A stretch of 64,000 nt of DNA, taken from a virus. Positions 16,791 through 24,229 of the stretch are shown in pieces. The position numbers and the translations under genes are program-made. Within the stretch, counting starts at the first letter, position 1; each line of letters begins with the position of its first letter. The DNA lies in IMG/VR virus record IMGVR_UViG_3300044695_002580, positions 1-64,000 of that record, one strand, 5' to 3'. A model generated the notes under the pieces. The model had not been told where the DNA came from, made no database searches, and was given only the letters and a program-made list of their open reading frames with translations.

Positions 16791-17189
16791 GTGGCAACCA
16801 CTATAAAAGTAGATAGGCTAGTCCTATTAGATGCTCTACAAGTAAAATTGGCAGAGCAAGATAAACTCCGTGCCGAATACAAAAAGGCTGAGGAGAAATA
16901 CAAGAAAGAGCAGGAAGCCTTTGCTGATAAGGTTCTAGCATTGGCTAAGTCAGGCAAGTTAGAGGTTCATAGAGTCAATACCCGCACCTACAACGGCGGG
17001 CTGATTGAGGTTGAGTGGAAGGCTGACCGCGCACTCATCAACTCCGAACCACAGAGTCCTGACCGACCTGAGGGCTGGGTTCATGAAAGCGATTATGAGG
17101 AACTCCGTAAGACTATCAGATTGCTTAGCATGACGACAGAGCCTTATGTTCCTGCCTCAACTTATCGCGCAGTATCACAATGGCTTTAA
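16791..17189 (+). CDS. coiled-coil hypothetical early protein
   Basis: GTG start with purine-rich leader; helical charged sequence. Confidence 0.65.
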   Translation: MATTIKVDRLVLLDALQVKLAEQDKLRAEYKKAEEKYKKEQEAFADKVLALAKSGKLEVHRVNTRTYNGGLIEVEWKADRALINSEPQSPDRPEGWVHESDYEELRKTIRLLSMTTEPYVPASTYRAVSQWL

Positions 17190-17304
17190 TAGCATAGGGC
17201 TATTAAACACTCCTGAGCATGAGTATAAAAGGCTTCACCTTTGACATAGGGTGCTTTCGTAAGGGGTAGGACTATTATCTCCATTCTAGTCCTCCCGTGT
17301 TGTC

Positions 17305-17340
17305 AATAAGCCCCCCGCCTGTGGAGTCGGGGGGCTTATT
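17305..17340 (+). terminator. intrinsic terminator
   Basis: AATAAGCCCCCCG/CGGGGGGCTTATT. Confidence 0.7.
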
Positions 17341-17427
17341 GTTTGTGCTGGGCTTGCTGTAATAAGTAGCTATCACGGTATAGGTACGGATTTCATCTCT
17401 GCCTATACCAGCAAGCCCAGCACAAAC
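17341..17427. repeat. GTTTGTGCTGG-bounded long hairpin, copy A3
   Basis: 18-19-bp perfect inverted repeat with compensatory changes relative to A1/A2; inner GGTATAGGT/GCCTATACC stem. Confidence 0.85.
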
Positions 17428-17430
17428 TTT

Positions 17431-17515
17431 CCTGTGAACTCGGGCGTGTCGTATCCTGTGAGTTTTGGAGAACTCGGGCGTGTCGCTTTGGTGTGGAGAG
17501 AGATGAGAGTATTGT
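17431..17515 (+). promoter_or_regulatory. early-type promoter cassette P6
   Basis: CCTGTGAA 17431 + GGCGTGTCG 17443; CCTGTGAG 17455 + GGCGTGTCG 17477; -10 TATTGT 17510. Confidence 0.8.
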
Positions 17516-17543
17516 TCGCCTTACCCAATAGAAGGGGGTATGT

Positions 17544-18065
17544 ATGAACAGTTTAGAACGCAAAGAGCGTTTTACAGAACTGATGGCAACGATAGAGTTG
17601 TTGCCTAGTGTAGATGATGAAAACTACGAGCCTGTATTTCCTAAGGGAACACTAGGCTTATCAGATGGCAACCTCAAGACCGCAATCATGGCACAGGCTA
17701 TGAGAGGTGATGAGGACTTCGTTGGTAATCTTATCAACGCGCTCGCCAACACAGGCTTCGAGGCTTGCCACGCCAAGCATGAGGCTGATGAAACACCTAA
17801 CGACGACGACCTCTCCGCTATCACACTAGCAATCCATGTAGCGTGGGCGAGTGGCGCACTAGCCCCTATGCTACTCCTATTAGGTGGCATGGGTAAGATG
17901 TTATCTGCCCTAGATGTAGATGTGCCTGAGGATTTGCCACTCATTTTCCGTCCTAACGGCTTGATGGCTGATAAGGCAGGTAAGTTCGACCCGATAGCCC
18001 TACTAGACATGGATAAGGCTAGCCTTATCAAATACATGGCAAAGGAGTTGGGTGATGACGACTAA
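17544..18065 (+). CDS. acidic helical hypothetical protein
   Basis: SD GAAGGGGG; 173-aa ORF. Confidence 0.65.
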   Translation: MNSLERKERFTELMATIELLPSVDDENYEPVFPKGTLGLSDGNLKTAIMAQAMRGDEDFVGNLINALANTGFEACHAKHEADETPNDDDLSAITLAIHVAWASGALAPMLLLLGGMGKMLSALDVDVPEDLPLIFRPNGLMADKAGKFDPIALLDMDKASLIKYMAKELGDDD

Positions 18066-18276
18066 AATTGTAGATGGCGTAAAGATGGTAGAGGTGCCCT
18101 TCACAATTACTTACAATGTCCTCGTAGAGGAGCACAAGTACCTAGAGTATGTAACTTCGGGTATCCCAGTAGGTGCTATGGCACAGGCTGGTAAAGAAAC
18201 CCTATTAGATGTAACCAAGCCTGTTATAGATAAGGCTAATGAAAACTGGACAACTATGATGGTAGAGGTGGCGTAA
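18052..18276 (+). CDS. hypothetical protein
   Basis: SD AAGGAG; overlaps upstream gene. Confidence 0.6.
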   Translation: MMTTKIVDGVKMVEVPFTITYNVLVEEHKYLEYVTSGIPVGAMAQAGKETLLDVTKPVIDKANENWTTMMVEVA

Positions 18277-18791
18277 TGGGTATGGATGTCTATGGTACTA
18301 AGCCTACTAGCGAGAAGGGCGAGTATTTCAGAAATAACGTGTGGTGGTGGCGACCACTATGGGATTACTGTGAGCATGTAGCGCCCGAACTGTGTGAAGG
18401 CGTGAGTGCCCACTACAACGACGGAGATGGATTAAATGATGAGAAGGCCAAGGCGCTCTCTAAAATCCTTCTAGAAACCCTATCAGATGGCAGATGCCTA
18501 ATCTATGAGGCGCAGTACAACCTAGAGGTCTCGCAACTTCCTAATGAGGACTGCAATATATGTGATAAGACTGGCATACGCACCGACGAGGTGGGTAAAG
18601 AGCACGGCATGGATGTAAAAGCCCTATCAGATGATGAGGCTATCGTGTTAGGAAGGGAAACGGGCTGGTGTAATGGGTGTAACGGTCTTGGTTGGAAGCC
18701 AAACTGGGCAACTCACTATCCATTCTCGCGTGAGAACGTACAAGAGTTCGCAGAGTTCCTAGCAGAAAGTGGTGGATTCAGTATCTGCTAG
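18276..18791 (+). CDS. conserved phage early protein with Cys pairs
   Basis: MGMDVYG...GEYFRNNVWWWRPLW...FLAESGGFSIC family pattern; CNIC and CNGCNG. Confidence 0.7.
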   Translation: MGMDVYGTKPTSEKGEYFRNNVWWWRPLWDYCEHVAPELCEGVSAHYNDGDGLNDEKAKALSKILLETLSDGRCLIYEAQYNLEVSQLPNEDCNICDKTGIRTDEVGKEHGMDVKALSDDEAIVLGRETGWCNGCNGLGWKPNWATHYPFSRENVQEFAEFLAESGGFSIC

Positions 18792-18876
18792 GGTTACCCC
18801 CTTCAACTAATCCACCAAATAGGGCTAGCAAGCACCAGCTTGCTGGCCCTATCTCTTTGCCTGGCGGCGGCAGCAG

Positions 18877-19019
18877 AGTTTGTGTTGGCCCACCCATCGC
18901 TCATAATGTATTCAATTATACATTATTCGCTTTCCCACCCTTTATGACCTTTTTTAATATAAAAAAGGTCATTCTGCCCATTGGGCTATTGGCTTTAGCC
19001 ATATAGCCCAACACAAACT
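18877..19019. repeat. multi-stem variant of the GTTTGTGTTGG hairpin family
   Basis: AGTTTGTGTTGG/CCAACACAAACT closing three internal hairpins. Confidence 0.7.
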
Positions 19020-19043
19020 GTGGCGCATATCACATGAGAGATT

Positions 19044-19094
19044 CCTGTGAATACGGCGTGTCGGCTTGAGAGAGAAAGAGAGAGAGAATAGGCT
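19044..19094 (+). promoter_or_regulatory. early-type promoter cassette P7
   Basis: CCTGTGAA 19044 + GGCGTGTCG 19055; TTGAGA-17-TAGGCT. Confidence 0.75.
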
Positions 19095-19135
19095 AGGAGA
19101 TTTGCCGTTTCGGCTACTGCCACCCTAGCAGGGGG

Positions 19136-19151
19136 TGTGACCGCGCTCACA
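19136..19151. promoter_or_regulatory. CRP/GlxR-type box
   Basis: Perfect TGTGA-N6-TCACA; a one-mismatch copy TGTGG-N6-TCACA lies at 19019-19034. Confidence 0.6.
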
Positions 19152-19238
19152 GCCAGATTTAATAGCCCTATCTGCAAGGACTATGCGGATAATAGGCTTA
19201 TTGGAGAGAGAGGCAGGTATAAGTTACTCATGGGTAAC

Positions 19239-19299
19239 TCTGTGAGTTTTAGGGGGTATCGGCGTGTCGTCTTTAATATAGATAGAGAGTCACTACGCT
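19239..19299 (+). promoter_or_regulatory. early-type promoter cassette P8
   Basis: TCTGTGAG 19239 + GGCGTGTCG 19261; -10 TACGCT 19294. Confidence 0.75.
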
Positions 19300-19342
19300 T
19301 AGGGGAGTGGCAACAACGCCACCCACTTATTGAAGGGGTCTT

Positions 19343-20875
19343 ATGACTACCAACCTTGCGTTGCTCGTAGTGAGCAACACCGAACTAGAGGGGATTCCTG
19401 CACAGGCGCAGACTCTCCTTATTGGAACAGATACCGAGGTCTTAGGGTATCACCGCGTATCAAATGGTGCGAAGGGTCGAGGACAGGCGTGGCAGGTAAT
19501 GTCCGACCTTCCTACTAGCCCTATCTCACACTCTCCCGTTGCCGTCGTATTAAGCGACCGCGACCTAGTAATGCTTCAACTAGGGCAGATTACCAATGTC
19601 GGTATCAAAGCCCTATACGCCCTAGAAACCGCACCAACGGCTTCCGCGTCCTTCCCACACAATGAGGCAGTAGATAACCTTATCAAGCGCCTAGAGGAAG
19701 GCGACTCCACCCTTGCCGAGTTTATTGCAGATAAGCGACGCACACAGGCAGTAGATATTAAGCCTATCAAGCAGGGTGTATTACCAATTTCGGCGAACGC
19801 GACCGCGCCCGTCGTGCCTAACAAGCCTATTACTATCGAGGCTAATAGGACTATAAGTGACTCACTCGTCAATGCTATGGTGAGCGTACCCGACAAGGCG
19901 TTTAGTAAGGCTTATATCAACCGCAAGGTCGTAGGCGGTCTTACCGACTTCGAAATTATGGACTTCGCCATGAAGTCGAGCAAGAACGTACTTATCGAGG
20001 GTCACGCAGGTAGCGGTAAGACGGCTATGGTACAGGCGTATGCGTCTGCACGTGGATATCGGTATTTTAACGTCGCTTGCCATATTGGATTAGAGGCTTC
20101 ACACCTAATCGGTCGTTGGATTCCTACTCCCGAAGGACACTTCCGTTGGCAGGACGGCGCAGTTACAGAGATAGTCCGTAATGGTGGCGTACTCCTATTT
20201 AACGAGATTAACTTCGCACCCGAGCGTTTTCTCACCTTTATCTTTAGCCTATTAGATTACCGTCGTGAGATTCAACTCATGGAAAATGGTGGCGAGGTTA
20301 TCAAGGCTCACCCCGACCTACTTATCGTGGCAGATATGAACCCCGACTACCGAGGCACACGCCCACTCAACCAAGCGTTAGCCGACCGCTTCCCCGAGCG
20401 TTTGGTATTCCCATACGATAATGCTATCGAACAGAAGTTACTCGGTAGCAAAGCCCTATTAGATATGGCGAACCAACTCCGTACCGAGTTTGATAAGGGT
20501 ACTATCAACACCCCTATCTCTACCCGTAATCTAGTAGCCTTTGCAGATAACGCTAAGGCGCTAGGTATGGACTTCGCCACCTATTGCTATATCAACTCCT
20601 TCGAGGGAGATGAGGAACGTAGTGCAGTAAGACTATTACTCACCACTCACCGCGACAATATCGCTAGTGACTTCGGGCTACCAACCCTTAATAAGGCTAC
20701 CTTTGGCAATTCAAATACCGAACAAGCCATATTAAATACAGAAGTAGGCGCACAGATTGACGGCTTCGAGTCGCTAGTGCAGGACTCAACTCCCGAACTC
20801 AACGATATCCATGCAATAGATACCTTTATCAACGCACTTAATAACCCTATTGACGACGTGGTAGGTAGCAACTAA
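19343..20875 (+). CDS. MoxR/CbbQ/CobS-type AAA+ ATPase
   Basis: Walker A GHAGSGKT, Walker B variant LLFNEIN, MNPDYRGTRPLNQALADRF, STRNL. Confidence 0.85.
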   Translation: MTTNLALLVVSNTELEGIPAQAQTLLIGTDTEVLGYHRVSNGAKGRGQAWQVMSDLPTSPISHSPVAVVLSDRDLVMLQLGQITNVGIKALYALETAPTASASFPHNEAVDNLIKRLEEGDSTLAEFIADKRRTQAVDIKPIKQGVLPISANATAPVVPNKPITIEANRTISDSLVNAMVSVPDKAFSKAYINRKVVGGLTDFEIMDFAMKSSKNVLIEGHAGSGKTAMVQAYASARGYRYFNVACHIGLEASHLIGRWIPTPEGHFRWQDGAVTEIVRNGGVLLFNEINFAPERFLTFIFSLLDYRREIQLMENGGEVIKAHPDLLIVADMNPDYRGTRPLNQALADRFPERLVFPYDNAIEQKLLGSKALLDMANQLRTEFDKGTINTPISTRNLVAFADNAKALGMDFATYCYINSFEGDEERSAVRLLLTTHRDNIASDFGLPTLNKATFGNSNTEQAILNTEVGAQIDGFESLVQDSTPELNDIHAIDTFINALNNPIDDVVGSN

Positions 20876-22743
20876 TGGGTCGCTACGATAGCCACGACGA
20901 CCTACTCGATAGGCTTATTGAACAGACACGCGAGGCTAATTGGCGTGACGATATCGAGTACGACAAAGAACTCGAACAGGAACGCCTAGAGGAACATATC
21001 AACAAATTACAGGCGGTGGGTGCGGTCTATGGTCGCACCGACCGTATCCTCACCGCCGAGCCAGTAGAGGTACGTGTCGAGGATAATAAGGAAATGGATA
21101 CGACCGCCTACAATGACGGCAAGAATATCGTGTTCAATGCTCACCTTATCGAGGACGTAGATGATAAGACTATTATCTCTCTCAACGGCTTCAACTACCA
21201 TGAGGTCGGTCACGTCCTTTACTCACCTAGAGGCGGTAGCGAGTTTGGTAAGACAGTTAAGCGCGAGAACCTAGAGAAAGCCTTTAACGTCCTAGAGGAC
21301 GCTCGTATCGAACGCCTACTAATCGCAAAGTATCCTGCCGTTGCACCCTTCATGGAAGCCTCATGCCTAGAGTATCTACTCAAGGGTGACTCCGCAGAGT
21401 TTGGTGCGTACTTCCCACTATTTACGGGTCGTAAGTATTTAGATATAGAATTGCGACAGGAAATTGCAGATAGGTTTATTAAAGACTTCGGCGTAGAGTT
21501 AGCCGTTGCTATCGCGTCTATCGTGCATGAGTACCGAACTCTCGTATATCCACGCGACTTCCATAGAGGACTCGAGTTACTACGTGCTATGGCAGATATC
21601 GTCGGTCGAGAAGTAACTAACGAAGTTAATGATAAGCCTATTCTACCCAACGGTAACGGCGGTCATATCGACCGCGACGTACAGGACAAGGGGCGCATGA
21701 AGGGCGACAAAGAACAGAAAGCCCAACAAGATAAGGCTACCAACAACGAGTCGGGCGACGGCGCAGGGGAACAACTAGACGACCCTGCCGACACAAATAC
21801 CGAGAACGACCGCAATAGCACCAGTTTCTCTAGCAAGGGTAAGGACGAAGCCGACGACAACGTGCTACGTAAAGATATCCAAGAACGACTAGATAACCTT
21901 AGCAAGAAGGACGACGTACAACAGGGTGCGCGTGAAGTACGCAAGGCTATCAACGACAACAATGAACGTCGTAGTGCTATTAAACAAGGCGCTTACTCCA
22001 ACCAACAGGTATCTCCACAGGTATCTGCGAGCGCCCGAGCCTTCGGCGTAGCCCTAGAGCGTGTCCGTATAGATAACGACCCTATGTGGGAGTTAGAGCA
22101 ACCTATGGGGCGCTTAAATATAGGACGTGCCATGAGAGCCGATATCAACGACATGGACAAAGTGTTCGACCGTTGGAGTGAGGGTAACTCCAACAATGAT
22201 ATTGACGCGATAGTCCTAGTAGATACTTCGGGCAGTATGTCGTGGCAGATTCAACGCACTATGGAAAGCGCGTGGGTAATCAAGCGCGGTATCGAGCGTA
22301 TCAACGGTCGCGTATCGGTCTATAAGTTTAACCACGATAGTAGGCTTATCTACTCCGCTACCGATAAGGCTCAACCAACCGAGTATCGCTACGTCAATTC
22401 CTCGGGTGGCACTAACCCTTACAAAGCCCTATTAGAAGCACGTCGCCAACTATTAAATAGCAAGCGTGGAGTGCGTATGCTATTTATCGTCACCGACGGC
22501 GAGTGGGATATGACCGAGGACAACAATAAGATTATTAGCGACCTCACTAAGGACGGAGTGCAGACTTCGGTGGTCTATCTAGGTAGCCTCAAGGGTTGGG
22601 GCGAGTATGACCGAGCAGAGCATGACGCACGTGTAGAGCGTTACCGTCATGGTGCTAAGCACTTCCGCGAGGTCGAGGAACCTAATCAAATGGTGCTAGT
22701 CGCTAAAGATATCGTCAAAGCGACTATGAGCGCCCGTCATTAG
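20875..22743 (+). CDS. VWA (MIDAS) protein with N-terminal HExxH metallopeptidase-like domain (CobT-like)
   Basis: YHEVGH, NVLEDARIE, DTSGSM, GGTNP, IVTDGE. Confidence 0.85.
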   Translation: MGRYDSHDDLLDRLIEQTREANWRDDIEYDKELEQERLEEHINKLQAVGAVYGRTDRILTAEPVEVRVEDNKEMDTTAYNDGKNIVFNAHLIEDVDDKTIISLNGFNYHEVGHVLYSPRGGSEFGKTVKRENLEKAFNVLEDARIERLLIAKYPAVAPFMEASCLEYLLKGDSAEFGAYFPLFTGRKYLDIELRQEIADRFIKDFGVELAVAIASIVHEYRTLVYPRDFHRGLELLRAMADIVGREVTNEVNDKPILPNGNGGHIDRDVQDKGRMKGDKEQKAQQDKATNNESGDGAGEQLDDPADTNTENDRNSTSFSSKGKDEADDNVLRKDIQERLDNLSKKDDVQQGAREVRKAINDNNERRSAIKQGAYSNQQVSPQVSASARAFGVALERVRIDNDPMWELEQPMGRLNIGRAMRADINDMDKVFDRWSEGNSNNDIDAIVLVDTSGSMSWQIQRTMESAWVIKRGIERINGRVSVYKFNHDSRLIYSATDKAQPTEYRYVNSSGGTNPYKALLEARRQLLNSKRGVRMLFIVTDGEWDMTEDNNKIISDLTKDGVQTSVVYLGSLKGWGEYDRAEHDARVERYRHGAKHFREVEEPNQMVLVAKDIVKATMSARH

Positions 22744-22755
22744 AACAAGTGTTCG
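22742..22755. promoter_or_regulatory. possible Gram-positive-type SOS (LexA) box
   Basis: AGAAC-AAGT-GTTCG. Confidence 0.35.
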
Positions 22756-22758
22756 GAA

Positions 22759-22782
22759 GCCCTGCCCGATACAGGGCAGGGC
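22759..22782 (+). terminator. hairpin after VWA gene
   Basis: GCCCTGCCC/GGGCAGGGC. Confidence 0.55.
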
Positions 22783-22816
22783 GACCGACTTTAATACGGA
22801 AGTAGAGGAAACAAAT

Positions 22817-22972
22817 ATGGAAACAACGCTAGACTACAAAGAACGGCTACGCGCCCTAATCGCAGAAGCAAAGGGTCACGTAGAAGCACACAACTCAACC
22901 AACGAGTATCTAATAAACCTACTAGATACCGCAACCGACTATCTATTCTACCTAGAGGACACCAGCAAATGA
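22817..22972 (+). CDS. small hypothetical protein (51 aa)
   Basis: Manual ORF METTLDYKERL...; SD GAGG; ATGA overlap. Confidence 0.55.
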   Translation: METTLDYKERLRALIAEAKGHVEAHNSTNEYLINLLDTATDYLFYLEDTSK

Positions 22973-23280
22973 CCAGCACAAACCTACTACCAAAGACAGG
23001 TCAATATAACGACCTTGCACTTAAATATATAAATGGCGACCCCGACGCAATAGCCTTATTAGATACGGTTATCGGGTCGTCGCTAGACTTATGCGCCCTG
23101 CGTAATAACCAAGATGAACGCCTAACCAACTACTTCGAGTACCACGACGTACGCGGTGAGATAGATGAGGCTATCGACAGTATCGAACCTCATGCAGATA
23201 AGTTAGGCTTACGAGCGCCTATCCTTGACGAAGCAGATGAACGCGACCTAGAGAACGGTTATGGACTAGACGGTATCTAA
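22969..23280 (+). CDS. acidic hypothetical protein
   Basis: ORF with SD GAGGA. Confidence 0.6.
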   Translation: MTSTNLLPKTGQYNDLALKYINGDPDAIALLDTVIGSSLDLCALRNNQDERLTNYFEYHDVRGEIDEAIDSIEPHADKLGLRAPILDEADERDLENGYGLDGI

Positions 23281-23414
23281 TGCGCCTATCAAAGACGAGA
23301 GAGCAACTCCGCCGTATGCTAGAGTTACGGCGGAGTAATGCTTCCGTACCTATCCGTAATAAAAAGAGATACACTAGGAAACTTAAATATAAAGATAAGG
23401 ACTTAAATGAGTAA
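23280..23414 (+). CDS. small basic protein (44 aa), ArfA-like tail
   Basis: Manual ORF MRLSKTREQLRRMLELRRSNASVPIRNKKRYTRKLKYKDKDLNE. Confidence 0.55.
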   Translation: MRLSKTREQLRRMLELRRSNASVPIRNKKRYTRKLKYKDKDLNE

Positions 23415-23856
23415 CAACGAGGAAATCTACGACGCAGAAGTTATTTACGACAGCGCCACCGACTCCACCACCGCCACCACCGAGGGCGAGATAATTGATA
23501 TAGAGGAACCAAGCGATTATTGGAAACTCGTAGCCTTCCACCTACAAAATAATCACAACCCAAGTATTCCTATTAGCATGACCGACGTATGTATTAAGGC
23601 TATCGAATACGCTAACAAGAAGGATTGGGGCGTACTAATAGCCCTACCCGACGGAACTACCTACAAGGGAAGCACCCATGCAACAGTAGAAACTATCGTG
23701 GAGAGCCACCACCTTCATAACTTTATTACCAGCGACCGAGAGGTCGTAACGATTAAGGACGCTGAAGGCGCGGTCATATATCAAGGTTATGGCACAGAAC
23801 TAAAATTAAATACAGAAACAAATACAGAAGTAGAGAGCGATGACGACCAACAGTAA
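23407..23856 (+). CDS. hypothetical protein
   Basis: HLQNNHNP...IALPDG...IVESHHLH pattern; SD AAGGA. Confidence 0.6.
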   Translation: MSNNEEIYDAEVIYDSATDSTTATTEGEIIDIEEPSDYWKLVAFHLQNNHNPSIPISMTDVCIKAIEYANKKDWGVLIALPDGTTYKGSTHATVETIVESHHLHNFITSDREVVTIKDAEGAVIYQGYGTELKLNTETNTEVESDDDQQ

Positions 23857-24229
23857 CCCCCAAGAAGAACCCCGCGGCGAAGAAATCGTCTGCGGGTGTC
23901 GAGGCAAAATGTGTGACGAGTGCCTTGATAAATATGGAATAGAGAAGTAGGAGAGAGCCATGCGTTGTGCTAAGTGTTTTATTGAATACGATAACGGCGA
24001 AGTTATTGCCCCTATCGACGAGAGTGCTATTGACGTATCAACCGAGATGGGTCTAGGATTCTGCGTGATGTGCGTACCGCCAGCAGGGAACCCTGCCCAA
24101 CTATAAGGAGAGAGAATTATGGACGAAACAACAGAGCCTACCTGCGGTTGCGGTAAGTGTGCTTGCGGTAAAGATGAAGGGTTAAAGATAGAACGACCAG
24201 CCGTATCTGAAATGGACGGCGTTAGTTAA
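23840..24229 (+). other. three Cys-rich micro-ORFs (23840-23950, 23960-24106, 24119-24229)
   Basis: Manual ORFs with CGC..CDEC, CAKC..CVMC and CGCGKCAC; the last two have GGAG SDs. Confidence 0.5.

Noticed and set aside
16736-17237. Hammerhead ribozyme (CTGA... motif)
   Set aside because: The CUGAnGA/GAAA core and three-way junction are absent; a pseudoknot fits better.
14670-17427. MITE/IS remnants
   Set aside because: No target-site duplications, no transposase in the window, and the fixed position between terminator and promoter argues against random insertion.
12248-19299. CRISPR array or integron attC cassette array
   Set aside because: Repeats are short boxes separated by genes, not constant direct repeats with spacers. 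Hairpin ends read GTTTG...CAAAC, the opposite order to attC (RYYYAAC...GTTRRRY), and no integron integrase or cas operon is present.
19137-19346. 69-aa ORF upstream of the AAA gene
   Set aside because: It runs through the CRP box and promoter P8; more likely regulatory DNA, though a G-rich stretch before its GTG means it cannot be fully excluded.
19343-22743. Cobalamin biosynthesis genes cobS/cobT supporting the B12-dependent RNR
   Set aside because: No cobN or other cob genes; the motifs fit the generic phage MoxR/VWA pair.
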